Positions 16,471 to 26,146 of a DNA stretch of 31,144 bases are shown here, one piece after another (position 1 is the stretch's first letter; every line of letters starts with the position of its first letter). The stretch is from IMG/VR virus record IMGVR_UViG_3300032272_000725, positions 1-31,144 of that record. One strand, 5' to 3'. Below the pieces are notes generated by a model. It was not told the DNA's origin and ran no database searches. It was given only the letters and a program-made list of their open reading frames with translations. The position numbers and the translations under genes are program-made. This stretch comes from a virus (taxonomy: Duplodnaviria > Caudoviricetes).

Positions 16471-17685
16471 ATGGCAGCCAAAAAAAAGAAACCGGCCAGT
16501 AAGAAAGGGACGGACATACCGCGGGTCGCGATTGATCTAATTACCCCGTATCCAAACAACACCCGAAAGCATACCGACCATCAGATAGCGCACCTAGTGG
16601 CGTCCCTGCAGGAGTTCGGGTTCGTAAGGCCGATCATCGTGGACGAGCAGCTTATGATACTTGCTGGCCATGGCGTTTATGAGGCGGCTAAAGCCATGGG
16701 CGAGGAAGATATACCCGCGGTCATAAAGTCGGGCCTCACGGCGAAACAGAAAAAAGCGTATGTCCTGGCTGATAACAAATTAGCGGAAATGTCTTCATGG
16801 GATATCGATATGCTCAAAATTGAACTCGGGGACATCCCGATGGAGATAGCGGAGATCGCCGGGTTCAGAGAATACGAAATCAACAAGCTTCTCGGATATG
16901 AGGAAGGGGCCGCGGACGCTGCTGACCCGGTTGAGGTGAAGACCGATATTAAACTCGGCGATATGTTCCAGCTTGGCAAACACCGGCTCTTATGCGGGGA
17001 CGCCTGTAACCCGGAAGACGTGTCCAGGCTATTTGGTAAAACGGTGCCGCACCTGATGGTGACCGACCCTCCTTACGGTGTGAAGTATGACCCGGCCTGG
17101 AGGAACCGAAAGCCGGATATGTCCAACATTAGTCGGTCGGGCCGGGCCGTTAAAAAGGTGGCGAATGATGATCGCATTGATTGGGGCGAGGCCATCGCGC
17201 TTTTCCCCGGTGACGTGATTTACTATTGGCATGCCGGCATCTATGGTCACATCGTCGGGCAGTCTTTGATCGACAATGATTTTCCTGTCCGGGCGCAACT
17301 GATATGGGTTAAAAGTAATATCGTAGTGGGCCGCGGTAACTATCACATCAAGCACGAACCTTGCTTATATGCGGTGCGGAAAGGTAAAACGGCGCACTGG
17401 AACGGTTCCAGGAAAGAAGACACCGCCTGGTTTATTGATAAACCTACTAAGAGCGAGACCGGTCATAGCACCCAGAAGCCGGTCGAATGCATGGCCCGAC
17501 CCATTGTCAATAACTCCAAGAAAGGGGATGCGGTATACGACCCGTTCATGGGAAGCGGCACGACTATGATCGCCTGCGAGGAGCACGACCGTAAGGCGTT
17601 CGGGATTGATATCACGCCGGAGTACATCCAGATCGCTATAAACCGATGGGAAAATATGACCGGCAAAAAAGCTAAAAAACTATGA
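16471..17685 (+). CDS. ParB-like nuclease domain fused to N4/N6 DNA methyltransferase (beta class)
   Basis: PYPNNTR.H...EFGF..PI...ILAGHG...LADNK; TDPPY before DPFMGSGTT; HSTQKP. Confidence 0.92.
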   Translation: MAAKKKKPASKKGTDIPRVAIDLITPYPNNTRKHTDHQIAHLVASLQEFGFVRPIIVDEQLMILAGHGVYEAAKAMGEEDIPAVIKSGLTAKQKKAYVLADNKLAEMSSWDIDMLKIELGDIPMEIAEIAGFREYEINKLLGYEEGAADAADPVEVKTDIKLGDMFQLGKHRLLCGDACNPEDVSRLFGKTVPHLMVTDPPYGVKYDPAWRNRKPDMSNISRSGRAVKKVANDDRIDWGEAIALFPGDVIYYWHAGIYGHIVGQSLIDNDFPVRAQLIWVKSNIVVGRGNYHIKHEPCLYAVRKGKTAHWNGSRKEDTAWFIDKPTKSETGHSTQKPVECMARPIVNNSKKGDAVYDPFMGSGTTMIACEEHDRKAFGIDITPEYIQIAINRWENMTGKKAKKL

Positions 17686-17792
17686 TTAAAATTATCGCAG
17701 TGATCTTCACATTGATAATACTGCTCAATGTCATAGCGTATGGCTTCGCATTACACGCTATTAGGCAAACACAGGACGACGACAATGGCTAA
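17682..17792 (+). CDS. 36-aa membrane peptide (not in the ORF track)
   Basis: MIKIIAVIFTLIILLNVIAYGFALHAIRQTQDDDNG; ATGA-coupled to the MTase and overlapping the terS start. Confidence 0.5.
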   Translation: MIKIIAVIFTLIILLNVIAYGFALHAIRQTQDDDNG

Positions 17793-18366
17793 AAAGAAGA
17801 CGACAAAGAAAAAGGCGGCTAAAAAAGGCCGGCCAACTATCATCACGGAAAAGCATATCGAAGATGTGACCACCGCTATACAGTCGGGCGCTTACATTGA
17901 ATCCGCTGCGGCGTTTGCCGGTATCCATAAAGACACGTTTTATGCCTGGCTCAAACGCGGGGCCAGGGCGCTGGCTGCCGTTTACAGCGAAAAGACAGGC
18001 CTGCATAACCGGAAAAGAATCCCCGTTGATGAGCGCCCATACGTGGCATTTTCCGACGCTATAAAAAAGGCGATGGGAGAATCGGAGTTATTTGACCTCG
18101 GCGTAATTACTAAAGCGGCAAAGGATGGGGCCTGGCAGGCGTCGGCATGGAGACTGGAACGCAAGTACCCTGACCGATGGGGACGTAAGGCCCACGGCAA
18201 GATAACTCTGGGCGAGGGTGAGGTTGAGAGCGGCAAGAACGGAGTGCCTGCTACCCCGGCCCCGGATGATTCCGTCGGAGCGCTCGACCCACGCAACCCA
18301 GGCGAGCTTCACATCACCCTGGCCATCGGCGACAAGGAGATTGCTATAGACGACGTGGGCGAGTAA
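17785..18366 (+). CDS. terS: Terminase small subunit
   Basis: GRPT, HTH (AAAFAGIHKDTFYAWLKRG), WQASAW.LERKYP..WG; directly upstream of terL. Confidence 0.8.
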   Translation: MAKKKTTKKKAAKKGRPTIITEKHIEDVTTAIQSGAYIESAAAFAGIHKDTFYAWLKRGARALAAVYSEKTGLHNRKRIPVDERPYVAFSDAIKKAMGESELFDLGVITKAAKDGAWQASAWRLERKYPDRWGRKAHGKITLGEGEVESGKNGVPATPAPDDSVGALDPRNPGELHITLAIGDKEIAIDDVGE

Positions 18367-18466
18367 TATCGCCTCCTCTTGATGACGACCTCGGTGTCTT
18401 TCCCTCTGTTCCCCTTGACCTGGATGCCGGGGTCGTTAGCTTTTTCACCTAACCCACCGTATTACC

Positions 18467-19864
18467 ATGGCCACTAAAACCCGACGTGCGGCGACTGGTG
18501 CGCCCGGTTCTGCCAGGAACAGACGAAAATCAGGCATTTCCAGCAGGCCCGATGGAATCCAGGTTAAATGGCATCGTCCATATCTTTACCCGAAACAGCT
18601 CGCTGCGATCTATTCCCCGGCCCGGTATTCATGCATCGAGGCCAGCACTAAATCAGGGAAGACCGTCGGTTGCATGGCATGGCTCTTTGAGCAGGCTCTG
18701 AAAGGCAAGCCCGGACACCAATACTGGTGGGCGGCTAAAACAATCAAACAAGCGAAGATCGCATTCCGTCGATACACGATGGGCCTGCGCCGGGTAAAGG
18801 GATTCGATTCCCTGGACGGCCCGCTCTTCGTTGCCAACCGCAGCGACCTGACCCTTACCCTGTTCAACGGATGCGTCCTGGCGTTCTTTAGCGCGGAAGA
18901 CCCGGACAATCTGTACGGGGAAGACGTCCAGGCCGCGGTCATTGACGAAGCTTCACGATGCAAAGAATCCTCCTGGCATGCTATCCGCTCGACCCTTGTA
19001 GCGACCCAGGGGCCGATCCGAATCATTGGAAACGTCAAGGGACGCAGGAACTGGTTTTATCGCTTATGCCGTAAGGCCGAGAGCGGCACGAAGAATATGC
19101 ATTACAGCATGATCACCGCGGACGACGCGGTCGCTGCCGGAGTATTACCTCAATCGGAAATCGACGACGCCAGGGAAATGCTGCCCGAGCAGATATTCAA
19201 GGAATTGTTTTTCGCCGAAGCCGGTGACGACGAGGGCAATCCCTTTGGCCTGGACTCCATACAGCAGTGCGTCATTCCTGAATTGTCAACCAAGAAACCC
19301 CGCGTGTGGGGATGGGACTTGGGTAAAGCTCAGAACTATACAGTGGGCATCGCCCTGGACGAGGACGGCAATACGTGCCGTTTTCACCGATTCCAGAAAC
19401 CATGGGAAGTCACCATCAAGGAAATAAAAAAGCTGACTAAAACGGCGCGGGCATACGTGGATAGCACCGGCGTCGGTGACCCGATACTGGAGGCCTTGCG
19501 TAAAGGAGGCGGGTCTAATTTCCGTGGCTTTAAGTTCAGCGCATCGAGCAAGCAGCAAATCATGGAAGGATTAGCGGTGGTGATTCAATCGAATCTAATA
19601 GGCTATCCTGCGGGCCACATAGTAAGTGAACTCGAAACATTTGAGTATGAATACACCCGAACCGGCATCAAGTATATGTCCATGGAGGGATGCCACGACG
19701 ACTGCGTTGACGCACTTGCCCTGGCCAACCAAGGATTAAAACGACGGAGGCCGCTGAAGCTGTTAGAAGGAGACGATGTGATTATTACCGATTCAGACGT
19801 ACAGATAGAAATCATCGGAGCGCACCCTGATGATATCCCGATGTTAAGTGACGATGACTACTGA
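18467..19864 (+). CDS. terL: Terminase large subunit
   Basis: Walker A STKSGKT, Walker B VIDEA, nuclease motifs GWDLG, DSTGVG, HDDCVDALALA. Confidence 0.95.
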   Translation: MATKTRRAATGAPGSARNRRKSGISSRPDGIQVKWHRPYLYPKQLAAIYSPARYSCIEASTKSGKTVGCMAWLFEQALKGKPGHQYWWAAKTIKQAKIAFRRYTMGLRRVKGFDSLDGPLFVANRSDLTLTLFNGCVLAFFSAEDPDNLYGEDVQAAVIDEASRCKESSWHAIRSTLVATQGPIRIIGNVKGRRNWFYRLCRKAESGTKNMHYSMITADDAVAAGVLPQSEIDDAREMLPEQIFKELFFAEAGDDEGNPFGLDSIQQCVIPELSTKKPRVWGWDLGKAQNYTVGIALDEDGNTCRFHRFQKPWEVTIKEIKKLTKTARAYVDSTGVGDPILEALRKGGGSNFRGFKFSASSKQQIMEGLAVVIQSNLIGYPAGHIVSELETFEYEYTRTGIKYMSMEGCHDDCVDALALANQGLKRRRPLKLLEGDDVIITDSDVQIEIIGAHPDDIPMLSDDDY

Positions 19865-22067
19865 TAAGAAAGGCCTCGGTGGCCGTATAGCCGACGCCTG
19901 GTCTGCGTTCCTGCACGAACCCGCTAAACCACCACCCCCTGGCGAACTAGCATACGCCGACCCTTTCCACCTGATCCCCATGGCCAGCATGACGACCCTT
20001 AACCCGGACGCGCTAGTCACAAGGAAGGGCCTCAAGATTTATAGTCAGATGCGCATCGATGAGCAGGTGAAGATCGCAATGTCGTTTAAAAAGCATGCGG
20101 TCTATGCAACCGGATGGACGATTAAAACCCCGGAGGGCCAGCCTGAGGATTGGGAGGTGTCCCGGTTCGTTGAGCAGCAGATGCTCCAGTTACCAGGCAC
20201 CGTGGAGCGCACCCTGCAGGGGATAATGACGGCCCTTGATTATGGGTTCTCAGTATCGGAAAAGGTTTTTGAGGATATAGGTGATGGCGAGTTCAATGGG
20301 AAGATAGGATTAAAAGCTATCAAGTCTAAAAACCCGGAGGGCTTCGGCTTTCGCCAGGATGAGTTCGGTAACGTCCAGGGACTAGAGCAGGAATGCAACG
20401 ACAACGTGCTTCCCCTGGAAAAGTTCATCGTCTATTCGTATAACAGCGATTTTCAAAACCCTTATGGGTCGTCCGATCTTAGAGCTGCATACAGGGCCTG
20501 GTGGCACAAAGACCATGCATATAAATGGCTGATGATGTTGTTGGAGCGCTTCGGCGTCCCGCCACTATTCGGCACGTATGACCCGGAGGTTATCCAGGGC
20601 AGCCAACTGGAAGCACTAAAAACGATCTTCACGCGCATGCAGGCGGCGACCAATGTTTTGATCCCGGCTATTAGCGGCGACGAGGAATCCTTTAAACTTG
20701 AGTTCCCAGAGGTTGCCGGCCAGGTGAGCACCGTCTTCATGCCCGCCATGGACAGATTTGACACAGACATATCCAGGGCCATTTTGATGCCTGGCCTCCT
20801 GGGCCTCACGCCAGAAGCTTCATCCGGCTCACTTGCCAGGGCGCGTAAAGTATTCGACGTGTTCCTGTTCGTTGTTGAGGCCCTGCGTAAAGACCTGGAA
20901 GAAGACATCATCAACGAGCAGATAGTTAAGCAGCTGGTCGACTTGAATTACGTGGTCGAAGATTATCCGCGTTTTGAGTTCCTGCCCTTAACCGATGAAA
21001 TTCGGATCGATATCCTTGAAAAGTGGGGCGAGCTAGTCAACGTGGGCGCGGTGATGAATACCGAGGCCGACGAAGATCATATCCGGGCATTGATGGACTT
21101 CCCTAAACGCGAGGATAGCGACGAGGTATTGCCTGGCGCCGGCCCTGGTGAAGATCAGGACGACGATGATGATGACGACGACGACGATGCTGACCCTGAC
21201 CCCGACGCACCGTTCCGGCAGAACACGCAGGCGACTCGCCGGGTAAACTTTAAAGCCATCGAGCGTTCCCTGGACAGGGCCGAGACCATGACCCTGGGCA
21301 AATTGAAGCAGCTGCTCACAGAGGCGAGGGATACCATGGGAGGCCGGTTAAGGCGCTCCGGGGCCAACCATGAATCTTTAGCCCGTATCACCCACGTGCC
21401 TAAACTGGCGGCCATCAAAAGCACCTTGCGCGACCACCTATTGGATAGGCTTAAATCCGGACGCAACGACGTTCGCAAAGAGCTTCCCAAATTGTTCGCT
21501 GATGAGACCGGCCCGAACTACGTGCCACAGGAGGCGCTTACCTTTCTCCGTGACCGTTCCCTGGTATTAGCGTCCACCATTGACGAGAACCTGATTAAGC
21601 AGGTAAAGCAGGCAGTCAGTAAATCGATTGAACTCGGCGAGACCGGGCGCCAGGCAGAGAAACGGTTGTTCGACGTATTCCAGCCATGGGTCGGTTCCGA
21701 AGTACTCCGGGACGCGCAGCAGCTTGAACCCTTTCGCCTGGAAAACATTGTCCGCACCGAAACCACCGCGGCCTATAACCAGGGCCGGTTGCTGCAGGCG
21801 CGGGATAAGAACGTGGTCGATCAGATGCGGGGCATGGAATACGCTTCGATCATGGACAGTCGAACCACACCTGTTTGCCAACACCTGGATGGCCGGGTCT
21901 TCAAGATTGACGACCCCAACCTGGATAGGTTAAAACCCCCGAATCATTTCCAATGTCGTTCCGTTCTCGTTCCGGTGACGACCTTTGATGAACTTGACGA
22001 ACGGGACATCGTGTCGCCGACCCAGGCCGGGCGCGGCGTCGAACTTGCTAACACTGGATTCGTATAG
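19848..22067 (+). CDS. Portal protein (Mu gp29/DUF935-like) fused to Mu gpF-like head morphogenesis domain
   Basis: ALDYGFSV.E, NPYG.S.L...Y..W, ERFG.P; poly-Asp linker; RLE.IVRTE...AYN.GR, D.RT...C..LDG, PPNHFQCRS; start may be ATG 19854. Confidence 0.9.
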   Translation: MTMTTDKKGLGGRIADAWSAFLHEPAKPPPPGELAYADPFHLIPMASMTTLNPDALVTRKGLKIYSQMRIDEQVKIAMSFKKHAVYATGWTIKTPEGQPEDWEVSRFVEQQMLQLPGTVERTLQGIMTALDYGFSVSEKVFEDIGDGEFNGKIGLKAIKSKNPEGFGFRQDEFGNVQGLEQECNDNVLPLEKFIVYSYNSDFQNPYGSSDLRAAYRAWWHKDHAYKWLMMLLERFGVPPLFGTYDPEVIQGSQLEALKTIFTRMQAATNVLIPAISGDEESFKLEFPEVAGQVSTVFMPAMDRFDTDISRAILMPGLLGLTPEASSGSLARARKVFDVFLFVVEALRKDLEEDIINEQIVKQLVDLNYVVEDYPRFEFLPLTDEIRIDILEKWGELVNVGAVMNTEADEDHIRALMDFPKREDSDEVLPGAGPGEDQDDDDDDDDDDADPDPDAPFRQNTQATRRVNFKAIERSLDRAETMTLGKLKQLLTEARDTMGGRLRRSGANHESLARITHVPKLAAIKSTLRDHLLDRLKSGRNDVRKELPKLFADETGPNYVPQEALTFLRDRSLVLASTIDENLIKQVKQAVSKSIELGETGRQAEKRLFDVFQPWVGSEVLRDAQQLEPFRLENIVRTETTAAYNQGRLLQARDKNVVDQMRGMEYASIMDSRTTPVCQHLDGRVFKIDDPNLDRLKPPNHFQCRSVLVPVTTFDELDERDIVSPTQAGRGVELANTGFV

Positions 22068-22075
22068 GAGAACCC

Positions 22076-22291
22076 ATGAGAGATCACATTGCAGAAAGTA
22101 TCGCCATTGAACTGGCCGAAGTAGAACGCGCATTAAAAGCGGCTGCCGATAAGGCGACCAAAAACCTGGACAGAGCTAAACGGTATGGCGGCAAAGAGGA
22201 TAAGAAAATTATTGCTCGTGCGACCGATGTGCATAAACGCGCAATCGCGGCCCTCCCTCCGAAGAAAAAAGAAACGAAAGACGACGCCTGA
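22076..22291 (+). CDS. Small basic hypothetical protein
   Basis: 71 aa with AGGAG RBS. Confidence 0.6.
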   Translation: MRDHIAESIAIELAEVERALKAAADKATKNLDRAKRYGGKEDKKIIARATDVHKRAIAALPPKKKETKDDA

Positions 22292-22293
22292 CC

Positions 22294-22330
22294 TTGCGCC
22301 TGTGTTCGCCGTGATGTATAACGCATCACG
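22294..22330 (+). promoter_or_regulatory. Promoter with an inverted repeat framing the -10 box
   Basis: TTGCGC-N17-TATAAC; CGTGATG-tataacg-CATCACG at 22310-22330, ending immediately before ATG 22331. Confidence 0.65.
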
Positions 22331-23671
22331 ATGAATATAGGAATAATAGGACTCGGCAAACTCGGTTTGCCATTCGCGGTCACCATGGCATCCAGGGGAT
22401 TCGATGTTATTGGATATGACCTTTCTGATAACCCTCGTAAGTGGATAGAAAACCCCGACAGCTACCCTTACGTCGAGAGCGGCCCTGGGCCTAATAAGAA
22501 TTTCAATAAGTACCTGGCAGAGCACCCGCCATCGATCGCTTCCCATCCCGGTGAAGTTTACTCCCGAGCAGACATTGTTTTCATCGCCGTCGAAACCCCG
22601 CACGACCCGGAATATGACGGCACCCATCCAGTAGTAGACGACCCTGTTGATTTTGATTACACCGCGTTGCGAGCGGCAGTGCTTGAGGGCCAGGTATATC
22701 AAAAGCCCGGCCAGCCTGTTGTTGTTATCAGTACCTGCTTGCCCGGCACTATGACCAGAGAGATTCAACCCCTTATGGGCGCGGGCATCCTGGTCTATAA
22801 CCCGTTTTTTATCGCGATGTCCACGGTGATGCATAACCTCCTCAATCCGGAGTTTGTATTACTTGGATTCCCCCGCGAGCGGGACAAGAAAACCACCGAC
22901 GCTATCAACCTGGTCGCCGACTTCTATAATCAGTTTTACGTCAATGGGCGCGATTACCTGGACGAGGTGCGGTTCAAAGGTGTGGATAATGCTTTCAGTG
23001 TTCCAGAACTAAAGATGATGTCCTGGGAAAGCGCGGAACTGACCAAGGTAAGCTATAACACTTACATTAGTTTCAAAATTGGATTTGCCAACACGATAAG
23101 CGGCCTGTGTGATCATATCTCCGGCGCGGACGCGGATGATGTGATGGAAACCCTCAAGGCGGCAAACTCCCGGCTCACTTCCCCGGCTTATCTGTCCCCA
23201 GGCATGGGCGACGGTGGCGGTTGCCATCCGCGGGATAACATCGCCATGACCTGGTTGTGCGATGAAGTAAAGCTGCCCTGGAACCCGTTCAGAGACGTCA
23301 TGAACTGGCGAGAGGCGCATGCGTATTACCTGACCGATATGCTTCAAAAGCTATCGAGGGAGCACGACCTGCCGATAGCCATTCTTGGGTTTGCCTTTAA
23401 GAAAAACATGGCGATGATTGAAGGGTCACACGCACTCCTGGTCAATAGCCTGCTGGACGACGCGCTATTGATCGACCCGGTTATTGATCCACAGGCCACC
23501 GCAGGCTTTGATAGGGCGCACGTGGTGTTGATTGGAATGGATCACGATAAGACCATCACCGACAACATAATCCCCTCCGGTTCAGTAGTGGTTGATCCTT
23601 TTGATTGCCTGGTGGAAGTGGAACGGTTTAAAAAGTACATCCCTCTCGGGAAGAATGGCGATCACTTCTAA
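22331..23671 (+). CDS. UDP-glucose/GDP-mannose dehydrogenase family protein
   Basis: GIIGLGKLG Rossmann motif, FIAV.TP, ST..PGT, YNP.F, AEL.K...N, GGGCHPRD catalytic Cys, LGFAFK. Confidence 0.92.
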   Translation: MNIGIIGLGKLGLPFAVTMASRGFDVIGYDLSDNPRKWIENPDSYPYVESGPGPNKNFNKYLAEHPPSIASHPGEVYSRADIVFIAVETPHDPEYDGTHPVVDDPVDFDYTALRAAVLEGQVYQKPGQPVVVISTCLPGTMTREIQPLMGAGILVYNPFFIAMSTVMHNLLNPEFVLLGFPRERDKKTTDAINLVADFYNQFYVNGRDYLDEVRFKGVDNAFSVPELKMMSWESAELTKVSYNTYISFKIGFANTISGLCDHISGADADDVMETLKAANSRLTSPAYLSPGMGDGGGCHPRDNIAMTWLCDEVKLPWNPFRDVMNWREAHAYYLTDMLQKLSREHDLPIAILGFAFKKNMAMIEGSHALLVNSLLDDALLIDPVIDPQATAGFDRAHVVLIGMDHDKTITDNIIPSGSVVVDPFDCLVEVERFKKYIPLGKNGDHF

Positions 23672-24122
23672 AATTCACTACTCAGCGCACGTGGGTAAAG
23701 GCGCCAGGATAGCGGACACCGCCAAAGTAAACGCCGGGGCCTGCGTAGGTGATAATGTCTTCATCGATGCCCACGTCACCATCGGCATGAACGCAACCAT
23801 TCTTGATGATGTTCACGTCGAAGCCGGGGCCATAATAGGGCCGGGCGCGGTGATAGCGATGAACGTCGGCGAGGGCCTGGTGATGTCCGGCAACCCGGCG
23901 CGGTGCACCGGCAGAACGAACACGTATAATCCTGATGAAACCTGCTTCGCCATCCCGCCTGATTTATATGCAAAGGAATGCGAGAGAGAGAACTGTAACG
24001 AGCTGGTCTATACGCTAAAGGCCGGGCATCAAAAAAGAACTGTCGTGGTCGATCTGGATGGCCGACCGCATTGTTATACTTGCCAGGACGCTAATAAACT
24101 TACTCTCGTCAAGGGGATTTAA
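23655..24122 (+). CDS. Hexapeptide-repeat (left-handed beta-helix) acyltransferase-like protein with C-terminal Cys/His domain
   Basis: Hexapeptide repeats ending in GNPAR; start at ATG 23655; C-terminal C...C...D.DG.PH...C. Confidence 0.75.
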   Translation: MAITSKIHYSAHVGKGARIADTAKVNAGACVGDNVFIDAHVTIGMNATILDDVHVEAGAIIGPGAVIAMNVGEGLVMSGNPARCTGRTNTYNPDETCFAIPPDLYAKECERENCNELVYTLKAGHQKRTVVVDLDGRPHCYTCQDANKLTLVKGI

Positions 24123-24123
24123 C

Positions 24124-24282
24124 ATGACTGAATATCTACTCGGCTTCGCGGCCATTGCGTTCGGGTGCATTCTGGCCCGGCTTTCATCCCGGTACATGCG
24201 GCATCAGCAGCTTATCTGGACGGAACACGAAACGTTCCTGGCGGCCATCGCCTTAATCGCTTTCACCGGGGCCGGTTTATGA
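24124..24282 (+). CDS. Small two-TM membrane protein
   Basis: MTEYLLGFAAIAFGCILARL...FLAAIALIAFTG; AAGGGG RBS; stop overlaps the next ATG. Confidence 0.55.
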   Translation: MTEYLLGFAAIAFGCILARLSSRYMRHQQLIWTEHETFLAAIALIAFTGAGL

Positions 24283-25982
24283 ATATCTGGATGGCCCAGG
24301 TCAATTATAAGTTTGGGGACAATGCTTTCCTGCCTTACTCGGCAGGGCGGTTAATAGCCGCGGCCATGGAAAGGCCTGGACAACACTTCCAGGGGTTCCT
24401 GGTCTTTCGTGAACCCAGGGAAGAGGTGCTGGCTCGCCTGGATGAAGCTCCACCATCCGTCCTGGGCATCAGTTGCTATCTCTGGAACTGGCGTTATTCC
24501 CTGCGCCTGGCGTCATGGGTAAAAAACCGCTGGCCCGATTGCACGATCATCCTGGGCGGCCCTCAAGTTCCCGCTGAACCTGATATCGCTTTCTTTGCGC
24601 GTAACCCGGCAGTCGACTTACTGATCCATGGCGAGGGCGAGATGGCTTTTCGTTTGGCATTACATAATCTTTATGACTATGGCGAAATAGGCGTCATACC
24701 GGGCAGCAGCAGGCCTAACGGGGCCTTACACCGCGGGAAGGGCAACCGACTAGCCTCGCTCGATGGACTGCCCTCGCCTTATCTGGAGGGGTATTTCAAT
24801 CACCTGATCACCTTGTACCCGGAGATCAATTGGCACATGAGCCAGGAAACCAACCGGGGATGCCCGTACCAATGTAGCTTCTGCGATTGGGGTTCGGCCA
24901 CGTTCAGCAAGGTGCGCGAGTTTCCCCTGGACGTTGTCCTGGACGAAATGGCCTGGGGCAGCGAGAAGGGCCTGGAACTGCTTTATAACTGCGATGCGAA
25001 CTTCGGCATGCGGCCCAGGGATATTCAGATCGCCGAGCACATGGTTAAGCTGAAAGCCGATACGGGTTCCCCGGCTAAGTTTCGTGCGGCCTATGCCAAG
25101 AAGACCACCCCAAAGGTATACGAGATTGGGCGCCTATTAGCGCAGGCGGGTCTTTCCAAAGGCGTCACGCTATCGGCTCAGTCCATGAACCCCGAGACCC
25201 TGGACGCCGTTTCACGCCGACCACTGGTATCGGAGGAGTTTGCTCAACTGGTGGCAAGCTATAAAGCGGATGGGGTTCCCACGTATACGGAGATCATCCT
25301 GGGCCTGCCAGGTGAGACTCTCAAGAGCTTCAAAGCGGGCCTCCTGGAAGTTTTAACCCTGGGCCAGCACGACGGTTTGAACGTCTACCCGGCCATCGTC
25401 CTGGATAACTCGGAAATGGGTAATATTTTCTATCGGAAAAAACATGGCATTAAAAGCATGCGCCTGTCGATGTTATTGCTTCACGCATCATGGTCGGAGG
25501 CCGACCCGGCCCCGGAGGAATATGATCTGGTCGTTGAAACGTCGACCATGACGCACGAGGAATGGAAGGAGGCGATGGTCTTCGGATGGTTTATACAGGG
25601 CCTCCATTGCATGGGCCTTACGCGGGACGCAGCTATTGCATCGGGAAACATCGAACTTTTTTATCATTCAACCTGGCGCCGGATTAAGACCGGCAAACTC
25701 CAGTGGCTAAGTCATTACGAGCGGTGTTTACACGAGCTGCTCTGCGCGGTGTTAAACGGCGAGGCAGACTGGAACCACCCCATCGATGATTACGGGGACA
25801 ACACCTGGCCTCCGGAGGAGCGCCTGTTTATCTGGTGCATGGAAAACATTGATCGCGTTTGCGAGGAACTGGATATCCCGGTGCCTGACCTGGCAAGGCC
25901 GGACGATTATGAGAACCGAGAAACCTGGGCGCGTGAGGTGGTCTGGTACGGTAGAAAAGGCGGAAGGAGAAAAGCGGCATGA
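24279..25982 (+). CDS. Cobalamin-binding radical SAM enzyme
   Basis: B12 domain (LGISCY.WN, ILGGPQV, GEGE), LPSPY, ETNRGCPYQCSFCDW (CxxxCxxC), DANFG, ILGLPGET; start at ATG 24279. Confidence 0.93.
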   Translation: MNIWMAQVNYKFGDNAFLPYSAGRLIAAAMERPGQHFQGFLVFREPREEVLARLDEAPPSVLGISCYLWNWRYSLRLASWVKNRWPDCTIILGGPQVPAEPDIAFFARNPAVDLLIHGEGEMAFRLALHNLYDYGEIGVIPGSSRPNGALHRGKGNRLASLDGLPSPYLEGYFNHLITLYPEINWHMSQETNRGCPYQCSFCDWGSATFSKVREFPLDVVLDEMAWGSEKGLELLYNCDANFGMRPRDIQIAEHMVKLKADTGSPAKFRAAYAKKTTPKVYEIGRLLAQAGLSKGVTLSAQSMNPETLDAVSRRPLVSEEFAQLVASYKADGVPTYTEIILGLPGETLKSFKAGLLEVLTLGQHDGLNVYPAIVLDNSEMGNIFYRKKHGIKSMRLSMLLLHASWSEADPAPEEYDLVVETSTMTHEEWKEAMVFGWFIQGLHCMGLTRDAAIASGNIELFYHSTWRRIKTGKLQWLSHYERCLHELLCAVLNGEADWNHPIDDYGDNTWPPEERLFIWCMENIDRVCEELDIPVPDLARPDDYENRETWAREVVWYGRKGGRRKAA

Positions 25983-26146
25983 CGAAGATGAAATTTAGAC
26001 CTAAGAATGGCGGCGAGACGGTATTGGTTCGCATGTTGAAAATGAGCGGATGGGGGCGCAACGCGAAGCATCACTTTAGTCCCAAAGCGACGATTGAGAT
26101 TATGCGTCGCAATGGATTCGTCCCTGCAGGTAAACGGCAAAGATGA
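25979..26146 (+). CDS. 55-aa basic protein (not in the ORF track)
   Basis: AAGGAG RBS; ATGA overlaps with both neighbours. Confidence 0.55.
   Translation: MTKMKFRPKNGGETVLVRMLKMSGWGRNAKHHFSPKATIEIMRRNGFVPAGKRQR

Noticed and set aside
21159-21188. GAC/GAT trinucleotide run
   Set aside because: Mixed synonymous codons for the poly-Asp linker; not a microsatellite or array
22133-22834. 233-aa minus-strand ORF, plus other long antisense ORFs such as 27034-27621, 11707-12198 and 30630-31124
   Set aside because: Shadows of well-supported plus-strand genes with no recognisable motifs
24165-24278. N-terminal extension of the radical SAM ORF
   Set aside because: Overlaps the small TM gene; ATG 24279 is stop-coupled and begins the B12 domain
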